Assembly (NCBI GenBank): GCA_951406725.2
Contig: OX597814.1
Span: 194,370,001 to 194,434,000 of the forward strand
From: Octopus vulgaris
Lineage: Eukaryota
Length of the DNA stretch: 64,000 nt
Reading direction: 5' to 3'
The position numbers were made by a program, and so were the translations under genes. Each line of letters opens with the position of its first letter. Position 1 is the stretch's first letter. Under the pieces are notes generated by a model that was not told where the DNA came from, did not search any database, and saw nothing but the letters and a program-made list of their open reading frames with translations. Shown piece after piece: positions 1-12,350 of the stretch.

Positions 1-6
1 ACACGA

Positions 7-1752
7 ATGTGTAAATTCTACCTGAAAGGTGTCTGCTGGCATGGAGAGGAAGGTGCAGGCTGCCGTTTTGCACATCAAAGACCCTGCCACAAAAACACGA
101 AACAGGTCAGAAACCAACTATCAAAAGGAAAAGAGATGGACCATGCACCACCTGCCCCAAAACGGAGGTACGCAGATGTGGTGCGTGCCACAAACCGCCA
201 ACATGTTGTTTAAAGGGCAGCTGCTGAACAAGAATCTTTTTTGTGCATGGCACAAAAGATTGTACAGCAGCTAACCTGGCTCCATCAAACTCAAACTCGC
301 AGATGGGACTATCCACAATACACAAGACCACCACAGCAAATAGACCCAAGGTGGACACCGCCAGCAACAGCATACATCTCACCTCGATGCTCCTACTGAA
401 CATCAGAGGACTGCTAACACTCAGTAACAGGACAAAAATCCCATTCTTGAGAGACTTTGTTGCATGCAATCAAGCCTTATGCATAGCACTTACAGAAACA
501 CACCTGAAACCGGACATAGCAGATGCGGAAATACACATACCACAGTATGTTGTACTACGGACCGACAGAAAAGAAAGGAGTCATGGAGGAGTTGCTATGT
601 ACATCCATGAGGACCTCACACTCCAGGTCCTTTTGTCATACTCAAATTCGGTGTGTGACACACTAATTGTACATATAAGGAAACTTGGTGTAGTTATATG
701 TGCTACATATCGCCCTCCAGATGCCCCAAGCCATGTAGGCAAGTTTGAAGACTGCCTTATAAAAATAGAAGTTCTAGTCACATTAGAACACATAAGTGTA
801 CTTCTTATGGGAGACCTCAATCTACCCAATGTCAGATGACCTTTCTCTCCCAGGAATGACACGATGTGAACGAGGACAGGCGTGGTCCCTCCTGAACCTC
901 ATCAACACTCTGTACATGGAGCAAGTAATACTCCAACCAACCAGGGCAGGTAACATACTGGATCTCTGCTTCACAAATAATATGGATCTTATCCATAATG
1001 TGAAAGTGACACCGACACTACTCTCGGATCACAACATGGTAGAGCTGACCATGTACGGGCCAAAGGAAAGCATGAACATGCAGCCTACAAGAAACTCTCA
1101 GAATCTTTCCAGCTTGAACTTCCATAAGGCAAACTGGAAACAAATTGAGAAAGAGATCCTCAAACAAAACTGGCCTGAATGTCTATCCTCGCCAGACATC
1201 GACATGAAACTTCAACAATTCATGTCTGTAATGCAAGCCATATGCTACAAATTTGTCCCAGAGCAAAATCCCCAGAGAGAGGAAAATTCTAATGAGACGG
1301 CGTACAAAAGTTTTAAATCGCCTAAACAAACAAATTGAAAGCAGTTAAAAGTCCCACCTGAAAATAAAACTGTTGGAAATTGAAAAATGTCTGCAACTCT
1401 CCCATGAAAAAGAAAGAGCAGACAACATAAAATCTAACCCCAGAGCTTTCTACAGGTATGCCAAAGAAACAGCTACGGTGCACTGTAGGAAAGGGCCACT
1501 CCTTGAAAAGGATGGCACACTCACAGGAAATCCAATGAGGGTAAGTGAAATGCTAAATGAGCAATTCAAGAGTATTTTCACGCCACCCCTAGGGCATTTT
1601 CAAGTCAGCAATCCAACTGATTTCTTTACCACTGCAGATATAAAATCGGAGGCAGCAATGATTGATTACATCAATATAAAGGAAGACGATGTAATAAAGG
1701 CTATTGATGAAATGAAAACAAACTCAGCTACTGGCCCCGATGGATTCCCGGC
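7..1752 (+). mobile_element. Decayed CR1-group (Jockey/CR1/L2-type) LINE: CCCH zinc-finger ORF1 remnant, APE endonuclease and start of RT; 3'-truncated
   Basis: ORF 7-213 has CKFYLKGVCWHGEEGAGCRFAH (CCCH). ORFs 243-839 and 796-1338 carry APE motifs LNIRGL, LTETHL, GGVAMYI, YRPP, MGDLN, PTRAGNILDL, SDH. ORF 1373-1774 has IKSNPRAFYRY and SATGPDGF. Frameshifted. Confidence 0.85.
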
Positions 1753-1879
1753 AAGCGGAAAATACAATCCTTAACTACGCGCTAAAAAGCTATTCAAAAT
1801 ATCCACATGACGTCTACTGACCAGCCTGAACAATAAGAATTTTCAACAACGCTATTTTCGAAAACTCCATACACCACCT

Positions 1880-2150
1880 ACACCAACATTCATTCTAAAC
1901 ATTCACATGACCTCTCTATTATGACCACATTGACATGACTTCTTTATTATGACCAATAAGAAATTTTAGGCGCGATACCAGCCAAATTTTAACATCTCTG
2001 GAGCCTATTTTCTTACCCCAACACCAACTTCCATTCAAACATTCACGTGACCCCTTTATAATGACCAATCAAAATTGTATTGACCATTGTCCACAAGAAA
2101 TTTTAGGCGCGAAACCAAGCAAATCTTAAACAACTCTGGAGCCTCTTTTT
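1880..2150. repeat. Diverged ~140-bp tandem duplication
   Basis: caccaac..cattc.aaacattcac.tgacc at ~1881 and ~2022; aagaaattttaggcgcga.acca...ctctggagcct at ~1958 and ~2095. Confidence 0.6.
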
Positions 2151-2650
2151 TCACATATAAGAGACAGCAAACCCAACATAAAGTCAGAAAAGAGAAAAAA
2201 ATCAATCAGAAAGGAACTCTATCTCACTCAAAATATCATTTGATAAGCATAACAAATGCGCAACCGGTAAACTCTTACTTTTTTTATTCTACACTGAAAT
2301 CTGACATTGAACTTTTCCACAAAAAACTGTATATTACACGCTTTTACTAAATATCTTATTCTGAAACAGAACACTGTAAAAGATTCTTACTTTTTTTCTT
2401 ATACACTGAAATCATTCACAAAAAATGAACATTGTATTCTAACCCAATTTTTCTCTTTTTTTGTTTAAAAAAAGAACTTTCACCTAATTAAATACACTCT
2501 CCCTTAAATTATTTTGTCAGCATTTTCTTCATCTCCTTTTTATATATATATATATATATATATACGAATGCGTTGGTCTTGAAAATTTTAAGACAGATAT
2601 TCCTGAGGCATTGATACAGTCGCCTCGTGTATATTCGTCTCTCCCAGGTT

Positions 2651-2751
2651 TCTTTTACTGATGAAGTGTGACCCATGGTAGACTAGCTTAATTTAATTTA
2701 ATTAAGCTGGTCTATCATTAAAAACACAGAAACGATGCATCGTCTAAAAGA
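2651..2751 (+). ncRNA. Type I hammerhead ribozyme (Penelope pLTR type) with an extended stem II hairpin
   Basis: Stem I TCTTTTA(2651-2657)/TAAAAGA(2745-2751); core CTGATGA 2658-2664; stem II GTGT/ACAC enclosing a ~19-bp hairpin with two G-U pairs; GAAA 2729-2732; palindromic stem III CGATGCATCG; GTC cleavage triplet 2742-2744. Confidence 0.85.
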
Positions 2752-3119
2752 TGAATTAGGGTAAACGTTTTTAAATTTTCACCTTATTTCCGAATTGCAC
2801 TACTTGGCGGTTTGAGTTCTGGCTGCTCTTTCTGGTGGACGAATGGCCTGTTAAGGCCATTCCTAAATTGTTATATATATATCTCAGAGTGGGCCATTCT
2901 ATAAGGAATGTAATTAATATATCCTCATTAAACAATTTCAAATTAAATTCTATAACAATTTAACTAATATTAACTATAGTTACAGCAGAACTATCACAAG
3001 CAATAAACATAACTTTATTTTGTTCCGCGAGTGAAGCCCAGAAATGTGGCTTCACTCACAGGAGCCTATTGGCAGCAATTCAATTGGGGTCAATATCGAG
3101 AAGTCCTTCACTGTCTGCC

Positions 3120-3258
3120 GGAAATATAGGAGGGGCTGAATTCTGTGCAAAGTTTGGTGGAATAGAACGAAACAAACATCGTTTTGTTGTGCCTCTCATC
3201 CAGGAATATATCAACTCTGGCTCAATTATTTAAGAGATTCTTGGTGGCTACGGGGTTA
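3120..3258 (+). mobile_element. Merlin (IS1016/ISXO2-like) transposase remnant
   Basis: Translates to FGGIERNKHRFVVPLIQEYINSGSII*..W, resembling the ISXO2-like DDE core. Confidence 0.5.
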
Positions 3259-3439
3259 GTCACCACATGTTAATGATGTCGTGGCGCAAGGCGACTTCCA
3301 CCCGAGATAGGTGTAGGGCCATCACCACTTCTCCAATCCCATCAACTGGGGATTCCATCTGATGAACATGCATGCCTGTAAGCATGTTAATAAGTACAGT
3401 CCCTCTGGCTGTGAGAGCAGCCACCTTCACTCTGCTTGA

Positions 3440-3795
3440 TGCCACATCAAAAAGTACAGTTGCCATTCAGCAACACAGCAAGTCCAGGTCACAACCATTG
3501 GGCTTCTTGTGACGACATTTCAGATGATAACTGGGACACATTCAGGAAGTGTATAGAGAATTGGGTGGAAGACATGGGTCCATGCAGCATGGTTGCTCGC
3601 AACAGGCTGAGACATCAAGCTGCAGTTGGTGCCCTTAAGGCACAGGAACGACTATGCACTAAGAAAAGGAAACAACTCATGACATAGATACTAGCAGAAG
3701 ATTTGGAGGGTGAGTGCCTTGTCCCAATGCCTCCAGTAGAAGCTCCCTACAGAGACAGGTTCTCCCAACCCGGGAAATATCCCATTTTGTTTAGC
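3440..3795 (+). mobile_element. Fragment of the same R2-type family as 14370-17710 (linker upstream of RT)
   Basis: ASPGHNHWAS..NWDTFRKCIENWVEDM..RKQLMT*ILAEDLEGECLVPM..YRDRFSQPG aligns with copy B ASPGHSTWAA..NWNEFESRVEEWVGHM..RRKLMAEILGEDLGGECPVPM..DRLSRPG. Confidence 0.75.
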
Positions 3796-4024
3796 CAAAA
3801 GAATATGCACAATAGCATCAGGCGCAAACACCTGTTATACACAACTCCAAGAATTAAGTCGGAAAGTGATTTCCACAAGGATTGGAATGCGTCTGTCATC
3901 AGAATTCAACACACAGCTTTACAGACAGCAGTTCCAGTCTCAACTGCAGTCACAACCAGTGCAGCCACATGGCCATGGTGCAGTCCCGGAAACGCAATGG
4001 GAGTGACATTTTTCACACTTATCT

Positions 4025-4700
4025 ATAGGAATTGCCCATGACCCTTAATCGACAATCTGACGGGTCCTTAAATTAAATACAGAAGAACTTAGACGACCAA
4101 GACCAAAGAAGGAAGAAAAATTGAAAACCCTGCCTTACATTACCACACACAACCCACATAACAATGAGGCCTTCAACATTATACTCCACAGCACAACTCT
4201 ACTCATGACAGACCCGAAGATCAATCAAATCATCAAAAGTAAGAGAGAGCCAAAAATCAATGAAGATCTTAAACCCAGGTCAAACTACACCCAAAAATAG
4301 CAACAAAGCCAACAGTAAAAGAGTGCTGTAGACCCAACTGTGGGATCTGTATCAACATGATAGAAGGATCAGAATACTGAATAGAACAACGCCATAATTT
4401 TACCATAAAAACTGTGCATCAGAGAACTTGATTTACCTACTTACACGCTCGGGATGCAAACGGCAATATATTGGACACAAAAAACAGCATACATCAGAGA
4501 AAGGCGGTGCACAAATCTCAAATTAGAATTCTGGAACGCAGGAAGATACCTGTCAGCCAACACAGATGAATGTGCATCCAACAAATTTCCCAAATTCACA
4601 ACTTTTCCATTATACAAATTCAAATATGAATGCATTAGCAAGGAAATGATTTTCATTAGAAAGTATCAACCAAGTCGAAATTCTTTAAACTCAGAACACA
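4025..4700 (+). mobile_element. Second Penelope-like element fragment: linker plus GIY-YIG endonuclease
   Basis: LPYITTHNPHN at ~4130; NCASENLIYLLTRSGCKRQYIG at 4410-4475 (GIY-YIG); downstream KFTTFPLYK..E..FIRKYQP. Confidence 0.8.
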
Positions 4701-4964
4701 GACAGTGTGTGTCTGTGTGTGCATATATATATATATAGCTAATTTATAGAATTAATGAGTTCATCCACAGGATAAGATGGAAGATTTTCCACCATGAAAA
4801 CAGTAATAACAAAACGAATCAACAACGTAATGGCGAAACTAACTGCAATGGAACAGGAAATAATCAAACTAACCGGCACCACATTTAAATCTAGGAAATC
4901 TCCTCCACCAAATAAACATCTCGATAACTTCGAACAGGAATTATGGGAGTCTATCAAAAACATC

Positions 4965-4995
<31 letters not shown>

Positions 4996-5854
4996 TCACC
5001 CATTGAGGTATAATCCATACCAAAGAAAGTTAAAGGAACTAATAAGAACTCTTAAGGGTAAGAATGGCATTCTAACCCATTCTGATAAAACCAGTAACAT
5101 TTACAATATTGACATCCTTACATACCATGAATTACTACATAAAGAAATTACAAAAAAATATAAAATTGTACCTTTTAACACACTTAGGAAACTAAACTTG
5201 GAGGTTAGGGAAACAATGTTGGATTATTACCTGGAAGATAAAACTGAACCTTATACCCCCATTAGACCGAGAATCACACTCAAGGACCATAAGGAAAACT
5301 TTTTTGGTAACACGCAGGTCAGATTGATTTGCCCTACCAAATCTGACTTATTCTTGACAAATATTTACCGACTATACGTAACAAAATTAAACTAAGCCTT
5401 TAGAAAAATACTCAAGGTGCATTAGATTGGTAATAATAGAGGTAAATTCATCCAATTGGATATACAAAATTACAACTCCTCCATAAACCCTATTATATTA
5501 AATAAGGCTTTAAGTTTTGCTAGGAGACACACCAAATTAAGTATGGGGGAGATAAGGGTTATCTTAACAGCTAGAAAAACATTAATAGAGTTGGATAACA
5601 AACTATGGGCTAGAAAAGACACACCCAATTTATTCGACATCATGGGATCGCCGGATTCAGCGGAAGTGACAGATTTGGTTGGGATGTATTTACTCGATAA
5701 CCTTAGTAGGGAATTCCCTGAATTAAAAGGAGGACTATATAGGGATGACGCTTTATTTTTGGTAAATAATAAATCAAATAGGAGACTAGATTTACTGAAA
5801 AAAAGACTACATAAATTTTTTTAAAGTTTTGGCCTAATTCTGTAGACGATATCA

Positions 5855-7420
5855 TGAAGATTATATCAAACATGGTTTCGCATCCAGTGTAGAAGATCCG
5901 TTTTTACCACAGTGTATTATCTGCTCAAATGTATTAACTAATGACTCAATGAAACCCTCGACATTGTTATATCATCTACAAAAAAATTCATCCCAGTTTA
6001 TTTAGCAAGCCAAAGCAGTACTTCGAAAAATACCATCGCAAAACAAATGTCATCTTCATTGCTCAAAAATTTCCCCATCCACACTAACAACCGTTCGGGC
6101 CTGCAGGCATCATATAACATTTTGCTCATGATAGCAAAACAGGGTCGCCCACATACCATTGCTGGAGATTTGATTAGGCCCTCCCCATACTTGAAGCATA
6201 TAAAGTTGCTAATGTGCTGAACGCTGCCTAAATTTTAGCAAGTATTCCACTTTCAAACACTATCTTCCCGCATTTGTGAAATGGCCAAAGATGTCTAATC
6301 CATGGTTGCAGAAGGCGTGCGACACTGACAGTGGATGACAGCACCTTTGACATTGAATGTGTTATCCTTGCCTTTGCTTCCGATGTGAAAGGTGCCGACA
6401 GTTTGTGAAAACCTACTCTTATGAAAACTGTACTGAAAAACATGGGAAAGATGATCTACAATACAGTCATGGATTATCTTACTAAAAATGGCAGTGATCC
6501 CTTCAACCTCATATCAATATGCAGACGGAGCACCATCTATGATTGACAAATCTCAGCGTTTTGTTACCAGATTGATAGAAATTAATCCCATCTTCACAAT
6601 TCATTGCATTCTCCACCGAGAAAACCTAATAGCAAAAAGAACCAGAAATAATATGTTTTCTGAAACCCTAGACTTAATTGCTTCCGCAGTAAAAAAAAAA
6701 AAACATGAAAGATCTGCTCATCAAGACAGGCATTTTCAAGAAGCTTGTAAAGATGAAACGTTCAACCATCTGTTGTATTTGACAGATATACACTGGCTAT
6801 TAATGGGAAGTTGTCTCAAATGTTTTGTGGCACTTTTCGATAAAGTCAGAGTTTCTTCAACAAACCAATCCAACTATGAAAATCACTTACTCAGAAAAAA
6901 AATCTGTATTTTTTTTTATTTACATGACATCTTTCAAAAACTTAATGATCTCAATATTTCTTTACAAAAGCAAAACAAACATTGTACAACCCAGACACTT
7001 GATAAGGGCGTTTGTAAATAAACTCGTTCATTGGAGACCATAACTTTCTGCAGTTCACGAACTTAAAAACTGTTGTGGTAAATAACAACTTGCACAAATA
7101 TATAATAGGGCATCCATCTTTCCTTCACAAAAACTTCAATATTCGTTATGAAGATCTTTTGGCTTTATATATCCCAATTTTTGTGGACTCTTCAGACAGA
7201 CAATGTCTATGAACAATATACTTGTTCAACCAGAATGCGTTCAGGTGGAGCTATCTGAGGCAACGGTAGACAATAATCTATGCAAATCGTCTGAAAACAA
7301 CTAAGTCAAGGCTTGGTTGACTCATTCTCACAAATAGCCAAAGCTGTTTGAACAAGTCAAGCCTTTTATAAATCTCCCGACATTCTACTTCGCTGAAAGG
7401 GATTTCCCCTTGTCCTCCAC
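5855..7420 (+). mobile_element. hAT (Buster/Charlie, ZBED5-like) transposase pseudogene
   Basis: EDYIKHGF..PQCIIC..SMKPSTLLYHL (BED-like); DGAPSM, IHCILHRENLIAK, LLYLTDIHWL, YLHDIFQKLNDLNISLQ in ORF 6488-7021; frameshifted. Confidence 0.8.
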
Positions 7421-7786
7421 TGGTTCACAAAGCAGTGGAGGTGTCTGAACCTCGATAATAATGCAGCAATGATACTCTCAGCCATAAACATGAGAAATAC
7501 AAAGTCGATGGAATACATCAACACAAAAACAAACTTAACACTCAAAGACATAAAAACAAACAACCACCCATACACAACACCACCAGAACACATTACAATA
7601 TCGCACATCACATCACACAAACCCTGCACCACACACTAAAATCCTTATGCCTGAATGCAGTTGGAAAATGCCAAAAGTACTCTAAAAAACTTAGTGATCA
7701 CCTCGAGGAAAAACCGAAGGAGACAAAAACATTCAAACGGTGACTGTTCCTTTCGTTAGTGTTTTAAACATACCTGATTAGGATTA

Positions 7787-7910
7787 TGATCAAGATTGGT
7801 TGTGTGAATGCATGTGGCTTGGGGTCCTCTTGGAAACAAGGGTACCGCTTAAATGACAAAGTCACACGAGTTAGAAACTATAGCTATAAATGAAACCAGA
7901 CTCCATAATC
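7787..7910 (+). repeat. Second, truncated copy of the Tx1/L1 ORF2 start
   Basis: atgatcaagattggttgtgtgaatgc..gaaaccagactccat is homologous to 8281-8403. Confidence 0.75.
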
Positions 7911-8280
7911 CTTTTACACAACCAAAGCAGCACCAACACCACAAAAAACACACACAATGCTATCAGCGATAGACACAAAAAACACAAAACTAATGGACTA
8001 CATCACAGCTCACACAAACATTTGTGAAGATGATTTCAAAACTAACAACCATCCACGCACTACACCACCGAAACACATCAAGATACTACACAGCACCACA
8101 CACTCAAAGCCCTCTTTCTAAATGCGGTTGGGGGGGTTCCAAAATTACTTATCCAAGAAACTTTATAAAAACCTCCTCAAAGACACGTCAAAAGAAAAGG
8201 AAGCTAAAACTTTCGAAACAAGAAGGTAACTCTTTGTCCCTTTCATTTTGTGTTTTTGAAGCACACAACTCAATAGGATC

Positions 8281-10215
8281 GTGGTCAAGATTGGTTGTGT
8301 GAATGCGCGTGGCTTGGGGTCCCCTTTGAAACAAGAGTACCTCCTAAATGACATCAAGTCACACGATTTGGGAATCATAGCCATAAGTGAGACCAGACTC
8401 CATGAGCCACGGGCACTGAAGTCCATGTTTGGCAGACTGTTTAACATTTATTTTTCTCCGTCTCCTGAGAATGGGCAGTAGTGTCACAGTGATATTCTTT
8501 TGGAAAGAGTCTGGATCTCAAAAACAATATTCGTTGACCCGGAGGGTCGACTGGCTGTCCTGGATGTCAATGGCAGCAATAGGTGTGCTTTTTGACTCAT
8601 ATCAGTCTACGAACCACCTTTAACAGGTCGGCTGGATTTTTTTCAACATCTAGAAGTATTCCAAGGAACTTATCCTTTACTTTTAGTGGTGGATTGAAAC
8701 GCTACCTTGGACACGCATCTAGACTACGTGGGCAGAGAGATAGTAATAGGAGAGGTTGCAAATATCTCTAAGACCTGCTAAGATGCTTTCGACTCGACCA
8801 CCCGAATGCATCAACGTGGACATGGAACAACTGTATTGGGTCGTTGAGATCATATCTAGATAGAATACTGTGTAGGACAGTAGATAGAGCTAGTGTAGGG
8901 TGTCCACAATTCCACATAGTCATCTACACGGACCAAACTTGTGACGTAATTGCTAGACCTAGATAAGGCACATAGGCAGGGTCCCAGCTACTGGAAACTG
9001 AATACATATTTCCCGTCAAGACAGGTTTTCAGAGACCGGATTAGCATGCTAGTGAAGAGGGCTCTGACAGGAGCCATCATCAACAACAAATGCTGGTTTG
9101 CCCTCAAGAGAGCAATAAAAGTTGAATTAGATATAGCAAAGCACTAGTGATAGATAAAAACGAAATGGGTGACCTACTTAAGAAACTAGAAGAGGTGATT
9201 AGAAGAGGCATCGCATTCGACGTACTGGCGGCGAGGTTGGCCCTCAACACCTCAATGCCAAACACGAGGGGTGCATTGTCAGGGCTAGGATGTGTGCTCA
9301 AAGAAACGAATGTGTTGGAGCCTCTCACGAAGCCCAGGTGGCGGAGGCGCAACAGAGATACCATTCGGTCTCTGATGGATGAACAGGAGTGCAAATCACT
9401 TGAGCCTAGTAAAATATGTGAGGCTTTTCAGCAGCACTTTGCCAGGCTTTACAGCACAAGTGGCGAGTGAGAACGAAGGGTGGACTTCATAGCCTGCCAT
9501 GACTTACGTCATAACCTGCATAGCCTGCCATGACTCTTGGCAAAGAGACAGAGTGTTGCGAAGGTGCCATCAAAGTGGCAGATGTGCAAAGTGCGCGAGG
9601 GACAAATCGCCGGGTTTGGATGGTCTGCCCTACAAGCTTTACAATTGTATGCGAGACTTGTTTGGAGTCATCTTGGCAGCAGTGTACTACAACTGGCAGC
9701 AAAACGGGAATATCCCTGGTTTTGTGAGCCAAAGAGCTGTAAAGCTGCTAAAGAAAGATCCAAACAAGGGGGACGTAACAGATAACATTAGGCCTATCAT
9801 TCTGCTCAATGCAGACTTCAAATTTTTGGCCAAGGTGGCACTTGTCATCGAGAAAGTGGTCAACAAGGTGCAAACGTGTGCCATGCCAGGCCAGGGCATC
9901 TATGACAACCTCCACCTCATGCACTACATCATAGACAGGGTAGTTAAGGAACCTGGCATGGGTGGGGCACTGATCAATTTGGATCAATCCAAAGCTTTCG
10001 ATAGGGTAGGCCTTCAATACTTGGAGGCTGTCCTCATAGTGGCTGGGTTCCGTCCCGTTTTCCCCAGCTGGATCGTCGCCCTATACAAAGGCATCTGTTT
10101 GGTAATTTACATGAATGGGCATCTATTTGAGACCTTTCGACATTGCACGTTCGGTCTGTCAGGGATGCTTCCTCTCATCACATCTGTTTGTATTGACCCT
10201 TGAGCCACCACTTGA
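8281..10215 (+). mobile_element. Decayed L1-clade (Tx1-like) LINE ORF2 (APE + RT), 3'-truncated
   Basis: NARGL..AISETRL; GPSYWKLN; KSPGLDGLPY; RPIILLNADFKFLAKV; INLDQSKAFDRV across several frameshifted ORFs. Confidence 0.85.
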
Positions 10216-10825
10216 CGGAATATTAAAGCAGTTTGCTTCTGAGAAAAGTATTTTTTGAAAACAAACAGCATTATTGCCACAAGTAAAACGCGTTTGCACA
10301 CAAGGTACGAGTTTGAAGTCACAAGCCGGATCAATGGATGGATTTGTGTAGTGATGTGGAAATTGCAAGAAAAATATTTCTGTAAGGACAAAGATTTTTA
10401 TGAAAAAGTCAAAGTTGTCCATACAGAAAATATTTAATATTGTATTGAATTTCGTTTTTGAAATACCTGTATCTACTGCAGCCTTATACACTAGCGAAGA
10501 AAACAAAACTGCAATTCAACATTATGAATTTTGCCAAGAAGTGTGTGAAGGGAAGATCCTTTAAGACAAAGCTCCGCTCGTTTTGGGTTGGCCAAAACGA
10601 CTGAAATTCAGTGGTTTCAATACATGCGTGACATCTGTAGTCACGATCTTGTCAATAACCCGTACCAAATTGGTGGGGTTGGGCACATCATGGAAATTGA
10701 TGAATCCATGATGTGCAAGAGAAAATATAACAGAGGTAGGATGCCACAGGAGAGATGGGTTTTCGGAGGATGGGACAGAGAAGACAAGAAAGGTTTTCTT
10801 GTGTTCGTACCTGACCGCTCCTCCA
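10216..10825 (+). mobile_element. Merlin (ISXO2-like) transposase remnant
   Basis: QIGGVGHIMEIDESMMCKRKYNRGR..WVFGGWDREDKKGFLVFVPDRS. Confidence 0.8.
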
Positions 10826-10829
10826 AAAT

Positions 10830-11040
10830 TTATGTCATTTTCCGAATCTCCAAAAATCATACAGACAATATTATTCAGGATATTTTTGTGAAGACCATTC
10901 AAGACTTGAGAAATGAGTTTTATTCACGATTTGCCAACTTCCGACAGCATGAAACCCAACTGAAACTATTTGTTTCGCCATTTTGACAGAGATGCAGAAA
11001 TTGTCAACGAAAAAAAATAACAGTTGGAACTCCATAGGCT
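10830..11040 (+). mobile_element. hAT transposase C-terminal remnant
   Basis: IQDLRNEFYSRFANFRQHETQLKLFVSPF, the typical hAT EF..RF..F...LF..PF segment. Confidence 0.55.
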
Positions 11041-11433
11041 TACGAAAGAATACAAAACAACAAATACAAAACAACAAAAACAAAAAAAAAAAAGGAAAAA
11101 GAAATGTTTGCATTCGAGTTACCTCCTCTTTGCTTCCCTTGCTCGGAGAAATTACTTAATGCCAAGTGCCTTAGAGTATAAAAGACAGGTGAGGGACAAC
11201 TTTGAAACAACTTTGGATTATACGGCTTTCAAAACTACGCTCGCTGCCAAGTCAACCATCATCATCAACATTCAAATCTGTTATCAATAACCTATATCTT
11301 CAATCAATACTTTATGGACTCCTGATTCTGGTGACTATTTTACTTTCTCCAATATTTGACTATTGATCCAATTATTTTGTATCAACGCTATTTTACTTGG
11401 GTGGGTAGGTGGCCACTGTTCTGCCCTCTAGTA

Positions 11434-11591
11434 GTCCCGAGCTGGCTAATTAGATACTGGCCCGGTTTAGCCTTCCTTCATTTAAGGTTTAGGGTCGTAA
11501 GGGTTCCCAATGGGAACTTTAGGAAATTTTTCGGATCTATTCTTACAGTTACTGGGTGGTATCCTGGTTGTCTGGGATGGTCCTGATTAGG
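11434..11591 (+). repeat. Structured non-coding segment homologous to 18699-18852 (probable R2 UTR)
   Basis: Aligns along its length with 18699-18852, with conserved hairpins (ggctaa/ttagcc; gttccc/gggaac; acagtta/tggttgt). Confidence 0.7.
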
Positions 11592-12350
11592 TTTCCTATT
11601 ACTGAAATTTTGTTTGGTGGGCCTTGGACACTTCAGGTGATTCCTTGATAGGGATCGCAAAGTTACTATTGGACCCAATTGACAATGCCTGGAATTTAAG
11701 AGCCAGCTAGTGGTGAGTCCATGAAGAAGCTCACTGCTGGCAACGGGTGGATGCACTGCCTGGCGGAGCCTTTCGCAGCCTGCAACTGGGTGTTGGTTAG
11801 TTGGCTGGTAGGTACTCTAGTCAGTTGGGACGGTGGTTTCACGCCTTCTTTAAGTTTCACTTTATCGTTTCGGCCATGTACTCATGGAAATTGCCACAAA
11901 GATAGAAGAATGAGTAATAAAGATACTAAACATACGGCAACCAGGCGCCGATAAACTGGTGGACTGTGGGTCCGGGACGGGTCAGCAGGTCAGGCTAGAC
12001 GTAATACCCTAATATGTTCGGCCGATTTGCTAACTTCCCCAGCAGGGGACAACAGGCCATCTCCACTGCAAGGTAAAATTAGTGGGCCACAGATATATGA
12101 CGAGACCGGTACCAGGTGCTCTATATTGCGCCTGACACTGAAATATACTAGAAATAGACCAGGCATCTTTAGACTAGATTACCCCACACAAACTCTGGTA
12201 GTGAAAGGCTTCCAGCTGCCGCTGGACCTAGCACATGACCCCATAAATGACGTCCATTCTCTTACTTTAGAAATCGACAGAGATGAGGTCACTAGGGACC
12301 TCCCCCATGACGTCCATTCTCTTAATTTAGAAATGGGCTGAGAGGAGGTA

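Larger units (their letters stand above)
2580..5845 (+). mobile_element. Penelope-like element (RT with a GLYRDD motif, Naiad-like): pLTR plus ORF, split by nested insertions at ~2950-4738
   Basis: The hammerhead-bearing pLTR is at 2580-2880. N-terminal HSIRNVINISSLNNFKLN (~2895-2950) appears to continue as LIYRINEFIHRIRWK at ~4739. RT motifs follow: SDKTSNIY, LKDHKENF..VRLICPTKSDL, DIQNYNSSI, MGSPDSAEVTDLVGMYLL, GGLYRDDAL. Confidence 0.75.

Noticed and set aside
10588-10986. Bacterial IS1595/ISXO2 element or contamination
   Set aside because: Decayed and embedded among eukaryotic TEs; explained by the eukaryotic Merlin superfamily. The ORF is a chimera of Merlin and hAT remnants.
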